From the NCBI GenBank assembly GCA_034780895.1, contig JAUZTB010000070.1:12971703-13035702 (forward strand): DNA of 64,000 bases, read 5' to 3'. Below, piece after piece: positions 24,976 to 38,304 of the stretch. The notes under the pieces are model-generated. The model saw only the letters and a list, made by a program, of their open reading frames with translations, was not told the origin of the DNA and searched no databases. The stretch is from Rhynchobatus australiae. Lineage: Eukaryota. The stretch's first letter is position 1, and each line of letters starts with the position of its first letter. A program made the translations under genes and the position numbers.

Positions 24976-27900
24976 CTTTTCTGGGACTTTGGTGATCTCT
25001 CAGGGTTCAGGTGGGCAATGAGGAGAACCCCATGGAACTTGAGGACTGTTCCATCCACTCAGGACACTTGGTATTGTGGACCAAATATAACACAACACTA
25101 TAGAACTGTTATACACTTTTGTAAAATAACTGTAAATGATACGTTCTATTTGATGTGATGAATGGTTTATTCTAAGACAGCACTGAGAACCAAGGTCCAT
25201 CCAGAAGCTAAGACCAGGTAGCAAACGACATTTCAATTTCGTTACCCTGGAGATATTTCAAAGTGTTTCCCGAGATCATAAGGCCAACAGTAACGCTGAC
25301 GATGGTGCGGGAAATGGAGCTTCAATTCTAAGAAATGAAATGATGTTAGAGAATGTTTTAAAATGCCCCGAAAATATAATACATTTATGTCCAGCCTTTC
25401 ACCATTTGTCTCTGCGGGTTCAGCGTTGTGGCTCGTCATGCCGCTTGGAAAAGTTGGATGTCTTAGAGACCAACCCCGTGTGCATCATACAATGTGCAAT
25501 TTCAGCAATGAACTCCAGTAACATTTCACTTGTGAGCCACTATTTTAGCAGGATATTCGGCGCTCTTTTTATTGTTTACAACCACTTCTGTGACTTTACC
25601 TCGAATGCCTACTTCAGTAAAGAGCTGAAGTCGAACTGTTCCATCGTCAAAGACTCCAGGTTTCTGAACTCCAATCTGCCGTCTCGGGCGGATGTAAAAT
25701 ATACTGCGCCGCTGCTTAATAACAAGCTGAGGAGCTCTCTAACCAACAGTTATCCGTTGAACAACCACTGATATATTGATAATTTATTAATGTTATTTAT
25801 TTATTGCTTTAAGACCTAAACAATTGACTGCTATATTCCCCTGGTTTATAACATTAATTAAGTTGTAAAATGGTTTGAGAAATCTGGAGCTCATCAGAAG
25901 TGCTTTGTATGCAAATGCTTTATTTTACTTTATGACCGCCGGATTCGTGTAGTAATCTAGTCGATATGATGTGGCTCCTTCGCATNNNNNNNNNNNNNNN
26001 NNNNNNNNNNNNNNNNNNNNNNNNNNNNNNNNNNNNNNNNNNNNNNNNNNNNNNNNNNNNNNNNNNNNNNNNNNNNNNNNNNNNNNNNNNNNNNNNNNNN
26101 NNNNNNNNNNNNNNNNNNNNNNNNNNNNNNNNNNNNNNNNNNNNNNNNNNNNNNNNNNNNNNNNNNNNNNNNNNNNNNNNNNNNNNNNNNNNNNNNNNNN
26201 NNNNNNNNNNNNNNNNNNNNNNNNNNNNNNNNNNNNNNNNNNNNNNNNNNNNNNNNNNNNNNNNNNNNNNNNNNNNNNNNNNNNNNNNNNNNNNNNNNNN
26301 NNNNNNNNNNNNNNNNNNNNNNNNNNNNNNNNNNNNNNNNNNNNNNNNNNNNNNNNNNNNNNNNNNNNNNNNNNNNNNNNNNNNNNNNNNNNNNNNNNNN
26401 NNNNNNNNNNNNNNNNNNNNNNNNNNNNNNNNNNNNNNNNNNNNNNNNNNNNNNNNNNNNNNNNNNNNNNNNNNNNNNNNNNNNNNNNNNNNNNNNNNNN
26501 NNNNNNNNNNNNNNNNNNNNNNNNNNNNNNNNNNNNNNNNNNNNNNNNNNNNNNNNNNNNNNNNNNNNNNNNNNNNNNNNNNNNNNNGATGTTGCCAACA
26601 TCTTCATTTGCGAGAGACCAAACGGTTCAAGCTTCACAATGGGCATCGGATTTGTGTTTTCCCTGGTTTTAAACGAGTGTTAAAAGACCCTTGAAAAGAT
26701 GAAACACTCCGAAGGAAACAACCAATTTGTATAGTTGTGTGGGGAAAATATTCCTTTTAAAACTACTTAAACTTATACAAGTGTCCTGCAAAACAGGTCA
26801 AGCTCAGTGATGGTTCGTAGACATTTGCGTCCAGGATTCTCCGTTCTGTCTTGAAGCGAGTTTCCTTCTTCAGGTTTCACGCAGCTTCTCTTGGTGAGAC
26901 CGCCGGGGATGGGCTCTGTTTACAAAACAGTAGGACAAATTGAACTGAAGGGTGACCCATCAGAATAGTCAATCTGACAAACGTCGGTGGTTCATAAATG
27001 TTTGATATCTTTGGACAGCGCACTAGAAAGCCAAAAGATTTTTGTCCGCTTTATAGAGCTAACGGGACAACAAGCAGGGCGTCCGCTTTAAATTCCGTGG
27101 CCTTGCTGCTGTAAGTGAGTGCTTTGTCCCTGCAAAAATCACCTGCGCACAAATTAAGCAGATACGTTATGGTCATACTCAATATAACATAAACCGCACT
27201 TCCCACCGTCCATGAACAATCAGAGCCGGGTACCACAAACACACAAGGAAGCCTGTGTTCCCTACATCATCGTTCCAAACAGCCATTGGCAGGGATTAAC
27301 ATCTAAAAGGCCAATTTTAGTTTCACCAATATTTTTTATTAACCAAGCAGTGCTCGATTTAATGGATTTTCTTTTATTCCGCCCGGATCCGCCAAGTTTA
27401 CGCACGTTGGGGCATCGTGTACATTCCGATGTCTGAGGTGGACTCAACGTCCAAACCAAAAGTGAACGCCACCTGCAGATGCCTCGGAATGGGTTCAGGG
27501 TGGATTCGGGAACCGGGCAACTCTTCAGCGGATTCACTCTTTCCCNNNNNNNNNNNNNNNNNNNNNNNNNNNNNNNNNNNNNNNNNNNNNNNNNNNNNNN
27601 NNNNNNNNNNNNNNNNNNNNNNNNNNNNNNNNNNNNNNNNNNNNNCTCTTTCCCAGAATTTTAGCTTTCTTGACTCCAAATATTAAACCTGCGGGAAAGT
27701 TGCATCTTTGCCATCCGGTCGGTATTGTCGGAGCCTATATGCAGTGAATGTTTTGAGGCCACACATAAGAGATGCTCGTCGCCTGTTAAAATAGACGGAT
27801 GGTTTCCGCAATTTGTCCCCGGCTCGATATTTTATGAGCCTGATCGAAGTTCCACCCACAACTTAAGTCTCGTCCAGGCGCACCCGTGTCCTTTTGAATG

Positions 27901-28189
27901 TCACGTCTCTTGAACAATAGTCTTGCGAGGAAGGCCTCCACGTTGCAGTTTTTGCAGTCTCCCCCATCAATAATTTTATTTACTGTTTTAGTTTCTGTTT
28001 GCTTTAATGCCAAAACATACACAGAAGTAACAAAGGGCAGATCCAAACAACACCCTTAATCAAAATGGATTCTGTGGGGCCCAAAGTGTAAAATCCTTCA
28101 ACTACACCTGTCACCACTTCAGAAGTTGTGCCTGGGTATGTATTTGCCATAGCTGCCTGAGCCTCACAGGACGGGCTGTGCACAAAATG

Positions 28190-28500
28190 CCAGGGACAAT
28201 GGTTGTTATGTTGCTGGACTCCCCATTCAAAGACTTGGGTTCATGACCCAAAGAATTGAATTTCATTCCCAACCTGGCATGAGTGAAATTTAAATTCAGT
28301 CTGATGTAAAATGCTTCCAATTTATTAATACTTCAAGGAAAAGAAACTGCTGTCCTCAATCATATTTATGTCTTTAGAAACACAGCAATTCTCTCTGAAA
28401 TAAAATGGCACAAAATACCAAAACAGTTCAAAGTGGCTAATCACCACCTTCACAGAGCAGTTGGCATGGACAGCAGGTGGTTACCTTGCCAGTAACATCC
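28190..28500 (+). mobile_element. Old tRNA-derived SINE with LINE-derived tail
   Basis: Decayed A/B-box head; tail caccaccttcacagagcagttggcatgg...ccttgccag similar to 41225-41300. Confidence 0.5.
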
Positions 28501-29527
28501 ATGAATTCAAATTCTGAATTCTGAATTTGATATGAATTTCTGTTTCAAAATTATCGACATTACATCATCCTGAATTAGAGATTTTATCTGTAGGAAGTTT
28601 TCAGAAAATTGAAAGGTGAAGTAGGTTTGATTTTGGAGAAACACCGAAATTTAACAGAATGCTAAATATCCAAAGAACCTCTGAGACCTGCCTTCAAAAA
28701 GTGTTCCCACGTTAGAGAAGTCCAGTAATTAATTTAAAAGATCCATGTTACTGCACTTGTTATACATGTACACCGACTATCTACACACCAATAATTTTGA
28801 TGTCCAGAACCCTTTAGGTTCTTTTATAATTTTCTACCACAAAATTTTGCATACCAACTCTAAGAACAAGTAACATCTGATACCCTCTGCAGCTAATTCA
28901 TTTGGTTCACCTGATGATTTCAACTGAATGATAAAATAGCTGATTTTTTTTTTGTAAAAGAGTAACAAGCTGATGCTTGGATTGAATCTTAAAACACAAA
29001 CAGTTGCCATGTCTGAAATCATACAACTTGACAATCACATCGAAGTATTCCAAATAAGCACAATTTAATGTTCAAAATGGACTTTAATATCCCTGTAATA
29101 ACTTGAAACCTACAGTAAAGTTAATTAGAAATATATCCCTTTGGAATTATAGTCTGGAATTTACATCCAGAAGCCAAAGAATGAAATTCAGTTCATCCTG
29201 TGTTGTCAGCACTTCTTCTTTCACTGGTTTCAACTGTTATCTCCTTCAGTAGAGACCAGAATTTCCACTACAGCTTTCAGTTTTCTCTCCAGAAGCACTC
29301 ATGTGCTGTCCCCACCTTCCTGAATTTTCTGGCTGCAAGCCATTTCACTTTTATCTCAACATGGTTTTGCTGCAGTCTCACTGTTTGTAAGTAGATTTGG
29401 TGACAACACAGCGGCCAAATATTGACAGCCCCTAATGGATTCTGCCTCATATAACAGATTCCCTTGCTGACACCTTTTGTGTCTGGGTAGCTTTAGATTC
29501 CTTCTGTTCCAGAGAGTGTGCCAGGCA

Positions 29528-30253
29528 GGCAGTTTGGCCCTGGGTTTGATAATGATTAATAAATGGGTTGTGGTTACTATATGTTTGATAGAAAATTATT
29601 TGATTACTGGAGAATTATTTGGCCAGTAACCATGACTGGAGTTTTGTTTACATGAATTTTCNNNNNNNNNNNNNNNNNNNNNNNNNNNNNNNNNNNNNNN
29701 NNNNNNNNNNNNNNNNNNNNNNNNNNNNNNNNNNNNNNNNNNNNNNNNNNNNNNNNNNNNNGGATCTACTTGTTCTGCAATTTCAGTTTATCAGCTCTCA
29801 TAAATCATGATTGTATTGTGCCAGAATATTTCTGGGGTTTGCTGTTTTCCTTGAAGCGCTGATTGTGAGGACATAACAAAGGAATGTATATATACCAGAT
29901 ACTTGCAAGATTACAGTTGAGTAAAAATTCTCCTTGAATACTGATTGGGGAAAAAAAGAGCAAAATCAGGCAAGAAAAGAAAAAGACTTACTGACTGCAG
30001 ATTCCACGGTTTTTCTCCCTTCTTCCTCAGGCCAAGTTCTTCTTCAATTTTTCAAAACTAAGCTTTAATTAATCCCAAAATTTGATTTGTAATCTAGCTT
30101 TCTCTACTTCAAACTAAATGGCAGTTTGGCCCTGGGTTTGATAATGATTAATAAATGGGTTGCGGTTACTATATGTTTGATAGGAAATTATTTGATTACT
30201 GGAGAATTATTTGGCCAGTAACCATGACTGGAGTTTTGTTTACATGAATTTTC
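29528..30253. repeat. 134-bp direct duplication (29528-29661 and 30120-30253)
   Basis: Identical except 2 substitutions; first copy is cut by an N gap. Confidence 0.9.
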
Positions 30254-31674
30254 ACTCAAGAAACTGCAGCCCTGACGACTGAACAATGTGATACATTCTT
30301 GAAGAACAGCACCTTGTACGAACCCTACAAGGATAATTGGGACTGCTGACTACTGCACAATAAGTTCAACACTTTGCTATCAAATGCCTTCCTGAGATAG
30401 AAGGAACTTTACAAACGTGGAAGCATACCTGAGAAGAAATAACAGACCACCCATAAGGAATCTTTAAAAGGAAAAAAAATCTTTTATTGTATTTTCTAGA
30501 TGGTTACTCCAACAGAAATGATAAAATCAATTTATTTTTAGAAAGCTCTCAAGCAAGTTGCATTTTATCTTATTTGCTTGCACTGATAATAACATTCTTA
30601 GTTTCATAAATAATGCCAATTATAGTGCATGCATAATGCCAGCAAAGATTAAGCAGGGTAAATAATGCATTCTTATTTGCTGATTAAAAATTAGCACTAA
30701 TACTCTAAATTCTGTAGTCAATATATCCTCTGTGGATATAAAATCTCTGAGGACTGAGGCCACATTATTGGATAAAGTTAGTATCAAGAGTCTGTAAATT
30801 TACCATTTTGCTAGGTAATCAAAATACAAAAGGTTTGTCCTCACCTTGAATAACCTGTATATTTTTGGGATGCTCTCTCCATGTTGTTCAATGCACCTTG
30901 ATTATAATGATTTTCACCCTTCGACTCCCATATTAAACCATTTTCATCTTAATCTTCAGATGTATTGATGATTCCTTTAAGTTCATTGCATATTGCATTA
31001 GACTCATGTTTTCTTTCTTGATAATAAAGGTTCATATATTACATTAACCTCTTTGTTTCTGACAACCTTTTGTTCCTGAGCAGCTAAAAGTACCTCNNNN
31101 NNNNNNTAAACTAGGGACCTGGATTTATCACCAAATAGCCATCTGGACAAGGTTATAACAGAGACCTGACTTCAGATAGTATTATCTGAGTAAGACCAGG
31201 AAATAAATAAATTGGGATGTGAAATTTTTTAAAAATGAAACAGTGAAAAAAGAAACAGCCCAGTTTTGGAAAAAAACATCAAGGTGATACAAAGATGGAA
31301 TCAAATGGAGTGCATTCAGAAGGTGGAATCAGCATAGTTATAAGTGACAAACAGAACTAGATGCTAAACACTGGTGGCAGTACTTTAAAGAGCTGACTGT
31401 GAGGATTTAACAAAGGAAGGTGTGCAGATCAGAAATTTCCAAGATAAAGATTGTGTAAAAATTCTTCTTGAGTACAAATTGGCAAATAAAGAGCACAATC
31501 AAACGAGAAAAGAAATAAACTTACTGAATGTATCTGCAAGATTCCTAAAAGCAGCATGCCTTTCATCTGACAATTAGCTTTGTAGGGTCCGTACAAGGTG
31601 CTGTTCTTCAAGAATGTATCACACTGTTCAGTCGTCAGGGCTGCAGTTTCTTGAGTGAAAATTCATGTAAACAA
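30236..31674. repeat. 104-bp inverted repeat (30236-30339 vs 31571-31674)
   Basis: Manual alignment gives 4 mismatches; right arm runs into an N gap. Confidence 0.9.
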
Positions 31675-32014
31675 GNNNNNNNNNNNNNNNNNNNNNNNNN
31701 NNNNNNNNNNNNNNNNNNNNNNNNNNNNNNNNNNNNNNNNNNNNNNNNNNNNNNNNNNNNNNNNNNNNNNNNNNNNNNNNNNNNNNNNNNNNNNNNNNNN
31801 NNNNNNNNNNNNNNNNNNNNNNNNNNNNNNNNNNNNNNNNNNNNNNNNNNNNNNNNNNNNNNNNNNNNNNNNNNNNNNNNNNNNNNNNNNNNNNNNNNNN
31901 NNNNNNNNNNNNNNNNNNNNNNNNNNNNNNNNNNNNNNNNNNNNNNNNNNNNNNNNNNNNNNNNNNNNNNNNNNNNNNNNNNNNNNNNNNNNNNNNNNNN
32001 NNNNNNNNNNNNNN

Positions 32015-32403
32015 TGGGCCTCGGCCTGGTCGAACCAGACACGAGGCCGGAGGGTCCAAAAGGTGGGCAGTTTAAGGGCTACTGCCAGTACTTCTTGTTG
32101 CTCAGATGTCGTGGGTCCAAAACTGTTTGGGCCCATCGGAATCACCAATGTAGCGGCTAGCTACACTGAATAAAGACACGAGACACTTACGTTTGGAGTC
32201 TAAGAGTCGAATGAACAACTGGGGTGCACTGCCCCTTTAATAAACACAGTTCCCACGCTGACGTCACACGCAGGTCATGTGACCTTCCCGCGCATGGGCT
32301 CCACTAACCCGACAAAGAAGGAGTGCCCCGCGCCATCTTGTGTCGGGGCCTCCGACGACGCTCGCGATCGTGGGAGCCAGTTTGTGAAAGGTAAGTCGCC
32401 ACA
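32015..32403 (-). mobile_element. Gypsy (Mag-like) LTR retrotransposon: 5' LTR 32403-32149, PBS, gag N-terminus
   Basis: 255-bp LTR with TGTGGCG...CGCTACA ends; PBS TGGTGATTCCGATG (tRNA-Trp-like); gag AVALKLPTFWTLRPRVWFDQAEA running into a gap. Confidence 0.9.
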
Positions 32404-32429
32404 ATAGAGACAAATTGAATCAATACAAA

Positions 32430-34330
32430 TTTGAAACAAAGGTACAACTGCATCTGTGAATAAAAGGGGTTTACCAGAAATCATTAAACTTAATATCAAG
32501 TCCCAAGTCTCATAATGTGCCTAGTTGGAAGATGAGGTGCTGTTCCTTGCTCACTTGGGCTTTGTTGGAGTAGCACACGAGGTAAAAGACAGTTCGGAGT
32601 GGGACAGAGAATTGAAAATAACAGGTGACTGGAAGATGAGTCCCACTTGTGGACTGAACAGGAATCATTCAATCTTTCACCAAAGCAGAAGATGCCATTT
32701 TGTCAGCAGCAAATACATCGTGCCAAAGTGAAAGAAGTAAATGAGTGTTTCAGCTGTAACGTGTGCTTAGTACCATGGAAGGTTGGAAGGAAGAAGACAA
32801 AAGTACAGAAGTTACAAGAAGGTGCCCTGGGAAGAGAGTGGATCAGAAAGTTGCAGAAGAAGTGGTCCTTTTGGATTATTGATAGGAAGGGGAGATGTAA
32901 ATACTGATGGTGTTGCATTGGAGGTGTTGGAGATGATTATGCTCTGTGAATATGGAGGCCAATGGAGTAAGAACAAACAAGAAGAAGCCTGACATAACTC
33001 TGAAGGAGGGGAAGGAGTGAAAATGCTGCAGATGTGGAGTAGACATTATCAAGAGCCCTGTCCATAAAGGTGAGGAATGGAAATCCTTAATTGAGGGAAA
33101 TTGAAAGCATATCAGAAGCACTGGTATGGAAGATGACAACACTGGAACATAGGACAGAAACAGAAAAGCTGGGAGGTTGGAAGCAGATAAAGGGAAGTGT
33201 AGTCAATGTAACCATGGGAATCTGTGAGCTTTTGGTGAACATCGATAACTAGTCTCCAATCCAGAAATGAAGATAGTGAAAGGGAAGGGCCAGAATTGGA
33301 TCATGTGATGGAAGGTGGAAATTATAGCAAAGTTGAGAAAAGGCCCCAATATAAGACCATAAGACTGTAAGACATTGGAGCAGAATTATGATCATCAATA
33401 TTCGGAGAAGGAGGTGGGCAATTGGTCCTGGGTCAGATCAGAACAAAGAATATTTGACATATCCCACCAAGATTTAGCAATGCAGAATGGAATCAAAGAA
33501 AATGTTGTTCAATGTGAGAACAGGTTCAGTCAGGTGATGGAGAGCAATAATGGACAGGGCCTTATATTCAAGGAAGAAGCTGAGGATCATCAGACCATTG
33601 TGGTAGGAGATGGACTTGGAGATCCAAAGCTGAAACAATATCATTAAGGCCAGTAAATTAGAATCAGTTAAAGTGGTAAAGAGCTGTTCACCATAGCTGG
33701 GATAAGACTGGACAAGGGAAGGATAAATTAACAGGAGAAAGAAAAATGTAAGTCCCATCAGGTAAAAACAATGCTTTTAAATCTTGGGAGGAAGGTAGAA
33801 GTGGTTTGAGTGCAGCTGGTGAACTAGGAGATTGGAAACTGTGGGTGGAAGATCTGCAGAGGACATGAGGACAGTGAGAATCTGGACAACAATGGACTGA
33901 GCTTCAGTGTCCACTTATAAACTGGGGGTCGGATTAGGATGTTTCAATGAATTGGCATCCAGTCTCCACAGGTCAACACTGGTTTATCAATCAGGAAAAG
34001 GTCATTATTGGTTGGTTCAATGACAATAGTCAAAGTAGACCNNNNNNNNNNNNNNACAGAGTGCCACAGATGGGCACTGGAAGTTGCGAAGGGTGGAGAA
34101 GACATGCAGTTTAGATTAAGTGAGTACAGCAGAAGAACTGAGATGGTTGATGCTATCTGGCAATTCATAAAGAAAAGACCTGGGGTGGGTAAGAGGCCAT
34201 GGAGGATTTCAGGTCAATCAAGACAGTCATTATTGTGCAGCAGGAAGATACCTTACAAAGGAATGGTTGTGTAGGTGAGGGTGGTGGAAAAGGGAAGGCT
34301 ATGCCCAAGACTACCTAAAAGAAGGATCAC
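32430..34330 (-). mobile_element. Highly decayed Penelope-like element (RT/GIY-YIG region)
   Basis: gatgaggtgctgttcct...gagtgggacagagaattgaa resembles chondrichthyan Penelope antisense as I recall it; purine-skewed; no intact ORF. Confidence 0.55.
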
Positions 34331-35164
34331 GTGAACTTAGTAGATGCCTGAACGTACAAACTGATTGCATTGTTTTCAGCAGTGTTACACCCATTCTACG
34401 ACCCAACGTTGCTCCCAACAATGCAGAATTTCTCCTCCAGAGAATCAGATTAGAACAATAGAACTATGGCTGGCAGCAAAATGGTGGAGCACATTGAACC
34501 AGCCAGTTGGTCTACTCTTGACTATCAGCGCTCATTAAGATGGCTTAACCTGCAATGCTGAAATTAAGAAAGAAATGAGGCTCATTTCACTATGAAAATA
34601 TTTTCATCTGTACTATGGGAAATGGGACCTTGCTGCCTACTTTGATCTGATCACATGTTTGTCACTGAAGCAGAAAGGGAGTTTACCTTAAACAGTTTGT
34701 AAAATGAATATTATGAGTGTTAGAGTGATTTCCAGAGTGCACTGAGACTAGAGTTCATTTCCATGATTAGTTTTTACTGCCTTGGGGTAGGTTTGACAGA
34801 TGTTGTAGGGTTTGTCATTGGATGTTCGGAAATATTTTGGGCTGATGTTGCAAAAGCTCCTTTTCAGAGATGACTTTTGATGTTATCAGTATCTTAATAC
34901 TGAAAATTGAACATAAGTATGGGTAAAACCTGATGTATAGTGGCAAGAGATTGTTAGTAGTAGTGGACCTAATCTAGCTGTTACGTAGTTCATGAAAAAT
35001 TAGAGCAAGTTATAATAATTAACGAATGCTTGAACAATCAATGAATTGATGAACAATTGGTCAAAATTGATGAATTGCCAGTGATCTTGTTTCACTTCAT
35101 ATTGAAATAATAGATGGATTTAAAGATTAAAAGGTTCTTTTATTGAATATACCAGCCTATTATT

Positions 35165-36200
35165 AAGAACATAAGATGATATGAACTAGTAACAGAGTAT
35201 GCCATAAGCTCTTTTGGACTTCACTGTCAAGTTTACCACTGATACTCTGCATCATTCACCTTTCTAATTAACCATCACATCACATTGAGGTGAAAATTCT
35301 ATCACTCACACCTTTGAATAAGATCATCAGTAGAGCACCCACAGCCCCCTGATTTCTAAAGTTTCACAACCCTTTTGGGTAAAAGAAAATTCTCTTCATC
35401 TCAGATTTAAAAATCTGACCCCCAATCCTTAGACCAGGATCCTGTTTCTAGACTCTCCAGCCAAAGGAAACAGCCTCTCATCATCTGCCCAGCTTAGATC
35501 TTTCAGAGCATGAGATCACTTATAATTCTTCTAAATTCCAATGTGTGTAAGCCCTTTCTATTCAAGCCCTCTGCATAGCATACCATCTCATTCCAGGAAC
35601 CAATTTATTGCATCTACACTGCAATACCTTCAAGGCAAGTACATTCCTCCATGTGTATAGGGACCAGAACAGTGTAGGTGTGGCATCACCAAGGCACTGG
35701 AGCAGACTTCCCTACTCTTGTACTCCACCCACTTGTAACAAAACTCAGCAGGCCACTTGCCTTCCCATTGGTTGTTGGACCAATATGTTAACTTACAGGC
35801 TACCCAGATCTCTCTGATCACCAACTTTTACTAACTTCTAACCATTGAAAATTTATTTTGTTTTTCTATTCTATCAAAATGAATGACCTCACATTTCCCC
35901 AAATTATACTTAATCTACCACTTACTTTTCCACTCAGTTGAGCAGAATCTGCATCTCCTCCTCACTTTCCACCCTGACTGGTGCCATCAACAAACCTGGA
36001 TACATCACACTCAGTGCTTACAACATAAATTCAGATTGTAAATAGTTGAGTGTTTTAAATTTAGACTGTACATAGTTGAGAGCACTCAGTGATGCAGGTG
36101 CCGTCCCACTAGTAACAGCTTTCCAACTGAAAGTGGTCCGTTCATTCCTAATCTCTTTGCTGTCCTTAACCATTCCTTTATTCACACTAATACATTACAC
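35165..36200 (-). mobile_element. Decayed CR1 3' portion
   Basis: aagaacataag tail; ttctcttcatctcag, ccaggaaccaat and gaccagaac motifs shared with other CR1 copies. Confidence 0.75.
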
Positions 36201-38304
36201 CTAATGTCATAAACTCTTGCTTTGTGTTCTACTTTGCACTAAGGTTACAGTAAAAACATGGGCATTGCAGATATGAAGCCTGACAACATTATCACTGAAC
36301 CATGAGGGATAAAGCTGTAAGTGTTAGGATTCTTCCTCTGTTGAAAAGTTATGCAGTGGTTAAATTTATTCTCACCATTCTATTACATTTGGTGCATTCC
36401 TGTGGGGTGGTTAACTGACAGTTGTTTATATTCATTCATTTTACATCAGTATATCCCACTCCTCTGGTACTCAACCCTTAGCATGTCCCAACATGCCTGC
36501 AGATATATTAATTATTGAATCTGCAAAAAATACATCAACATAAAAATTACATTCTACAAATTCTTGGAAGGTCTCATGTTGGCCATTATTTTAACAGGTT
36601 CAAGTGGGTTAATGTTGCCATTACAAAACCCAACACAATAATATAAATGTACCAAACATTGGTATGATAGCAATATACGATATAATTTCAAAATATGTCA
36701 CATATCACGTGGAATAGCCATTGGAAAGCAGTGGGATCTGAGGAAATATCCACAGCCTTGTCTGCCACTAGTGGTTCTACATTTAGGAATAGACCCTTCG
36801 ANNNNNNNNNNNNNNNNNNNNNNNNNNNNNNNNNNNNNNNNNNNNNNNNNNNNNNNNNNNNNNNNNNNNNNNNNNNNNNNNNNNNNNNNNNNNNNNNNNN
36901 NCTTCGAGTGATCATACACAGTGAGGCACCTGAGTGGGAATGACAAAATTATATCAACACACGTGTATGACCAGCACATCTATTCCAGTAACAAAATACA
37001 TATGCAATGAAAGCTTCATGGAGATGATGATGAACCCAACGACCTGAGGTCCTGAGACTTCACCGCTTTGGATCACTGAACATCTCAACTCACATTTGCC
37101 AGTCCTTGTGACATCACAATTTCCATCGCACCAAATGTGCTTTCTGAGCTGTAGTTCATGGTGTGTCAGTTTAGTCCTTGTAAACATTAAACGTGTTGGC
37201 CAAAAAATGTTCTGCTAAATGGCAGATAGAAAGCAGACAGTTTATACTGCTGTCTCGTAGACTGTTTAATCATTCAACGAACTACTGAAACCCAAACAGA
37301 AGAATCACCAAATGAAAGGGCTGTTACACTAAGGGAGTTAATCTCCAGAAGGTCACTTACAATTACCCATGGACTGGCTGCATTCACCATTAAACATAAT
37401 TAGTGAGCACTACTCTAGAAACAGGATACTGTACATCAATGCTATACTTTGATCAGCAATCTAACACAATGGCATTGAATAGGAAGCAGCAGTTTGGTCC
37501 TCAGGGAATATGTATAATGGGATCCTATACATATGAATGAAGGGGTCAGTCCACTAGCAGTCTACATAATGGGAGTGCAAAGAGAATTGGTCTATTGGAA
37601 TCCTGTATGGAGAACCGAATAAGAAGTAGTTTGTTCATAGCCCCTTTCTGGATATTATCATAGATCAAGACTGTTTTAATATTAGTATTAGGAATGCATG
37701 CACAAATGAAGTGCAGTCTATAAGTCAGAGTTTGGGGGCATAACAGAAGCAGCTGTGTCATCCTGAGGGTCATAGGCAGAGATGGTGCTTTATATTCATT
37801 GGCAGGTTATACAGAGAGGATTTTATCTGACATGAACAAGTTGTGCCCTATGCGATCAGATTATTCTGCTCTGGGAAATAATGTCACATGTTCTCCTTTT
37901 GATTGCTCTATATTTGCCACTGTCAGTTTCAGTTTGATGAAGTCTGCAACATGGATTTTATGGGAAACTGGGAAGGGTGCAGAGGGAATGGTATAAAGAG
38001 AGAAACTGACAAGTGCAGGAACATGGAGACCCTGCTGAATTGACCAGGATATTCACAATATAGAAAAGCTGCTAAAGTTCAAACTGCAGCATTTCCTATA
38101 TATAATAGGCCAGGGATGCCTAAAGTTATTAGCCCCTCCTCTAGATCATCCCCACTGGCCCTGACTTGGTTAATATTGAGCCACATGAACCTCTTGGAGA
38201 GGGAGAGAAAACAGTGGTTAGTAGGAATAGCAGAACAGTAGGCTCACAAGAGAGAAGAACACAAAAAACATCAGGAACAAATGTACCTGAAAAATGTTTC
38301 CTCT

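Larger units (their letters stand above)
20718..25000. promoter_or_regulatory. CpG island / promoter domain; CpG-rich shoulder continues to about 28000
   Basis: Abrupt rise in GC and CpG relative to CpG-depleted flanks; contains splice donors and GC boxes. Confidence 0.85.

Noticed and set aside
25340-25771. 143-aa plus-strand ORF
   Set aside because: No recognisable domain or convincing splice context; compatible with chance
25957-26694. Longest ORFs in the track (also near 31.6 kb and 55.6 kb)
   Set aside because: Their length is due to N runs
36762-36775. gccactagtgg as a CTCF site
   Set aside because: Incomplete match to CCASYAGRKGGC
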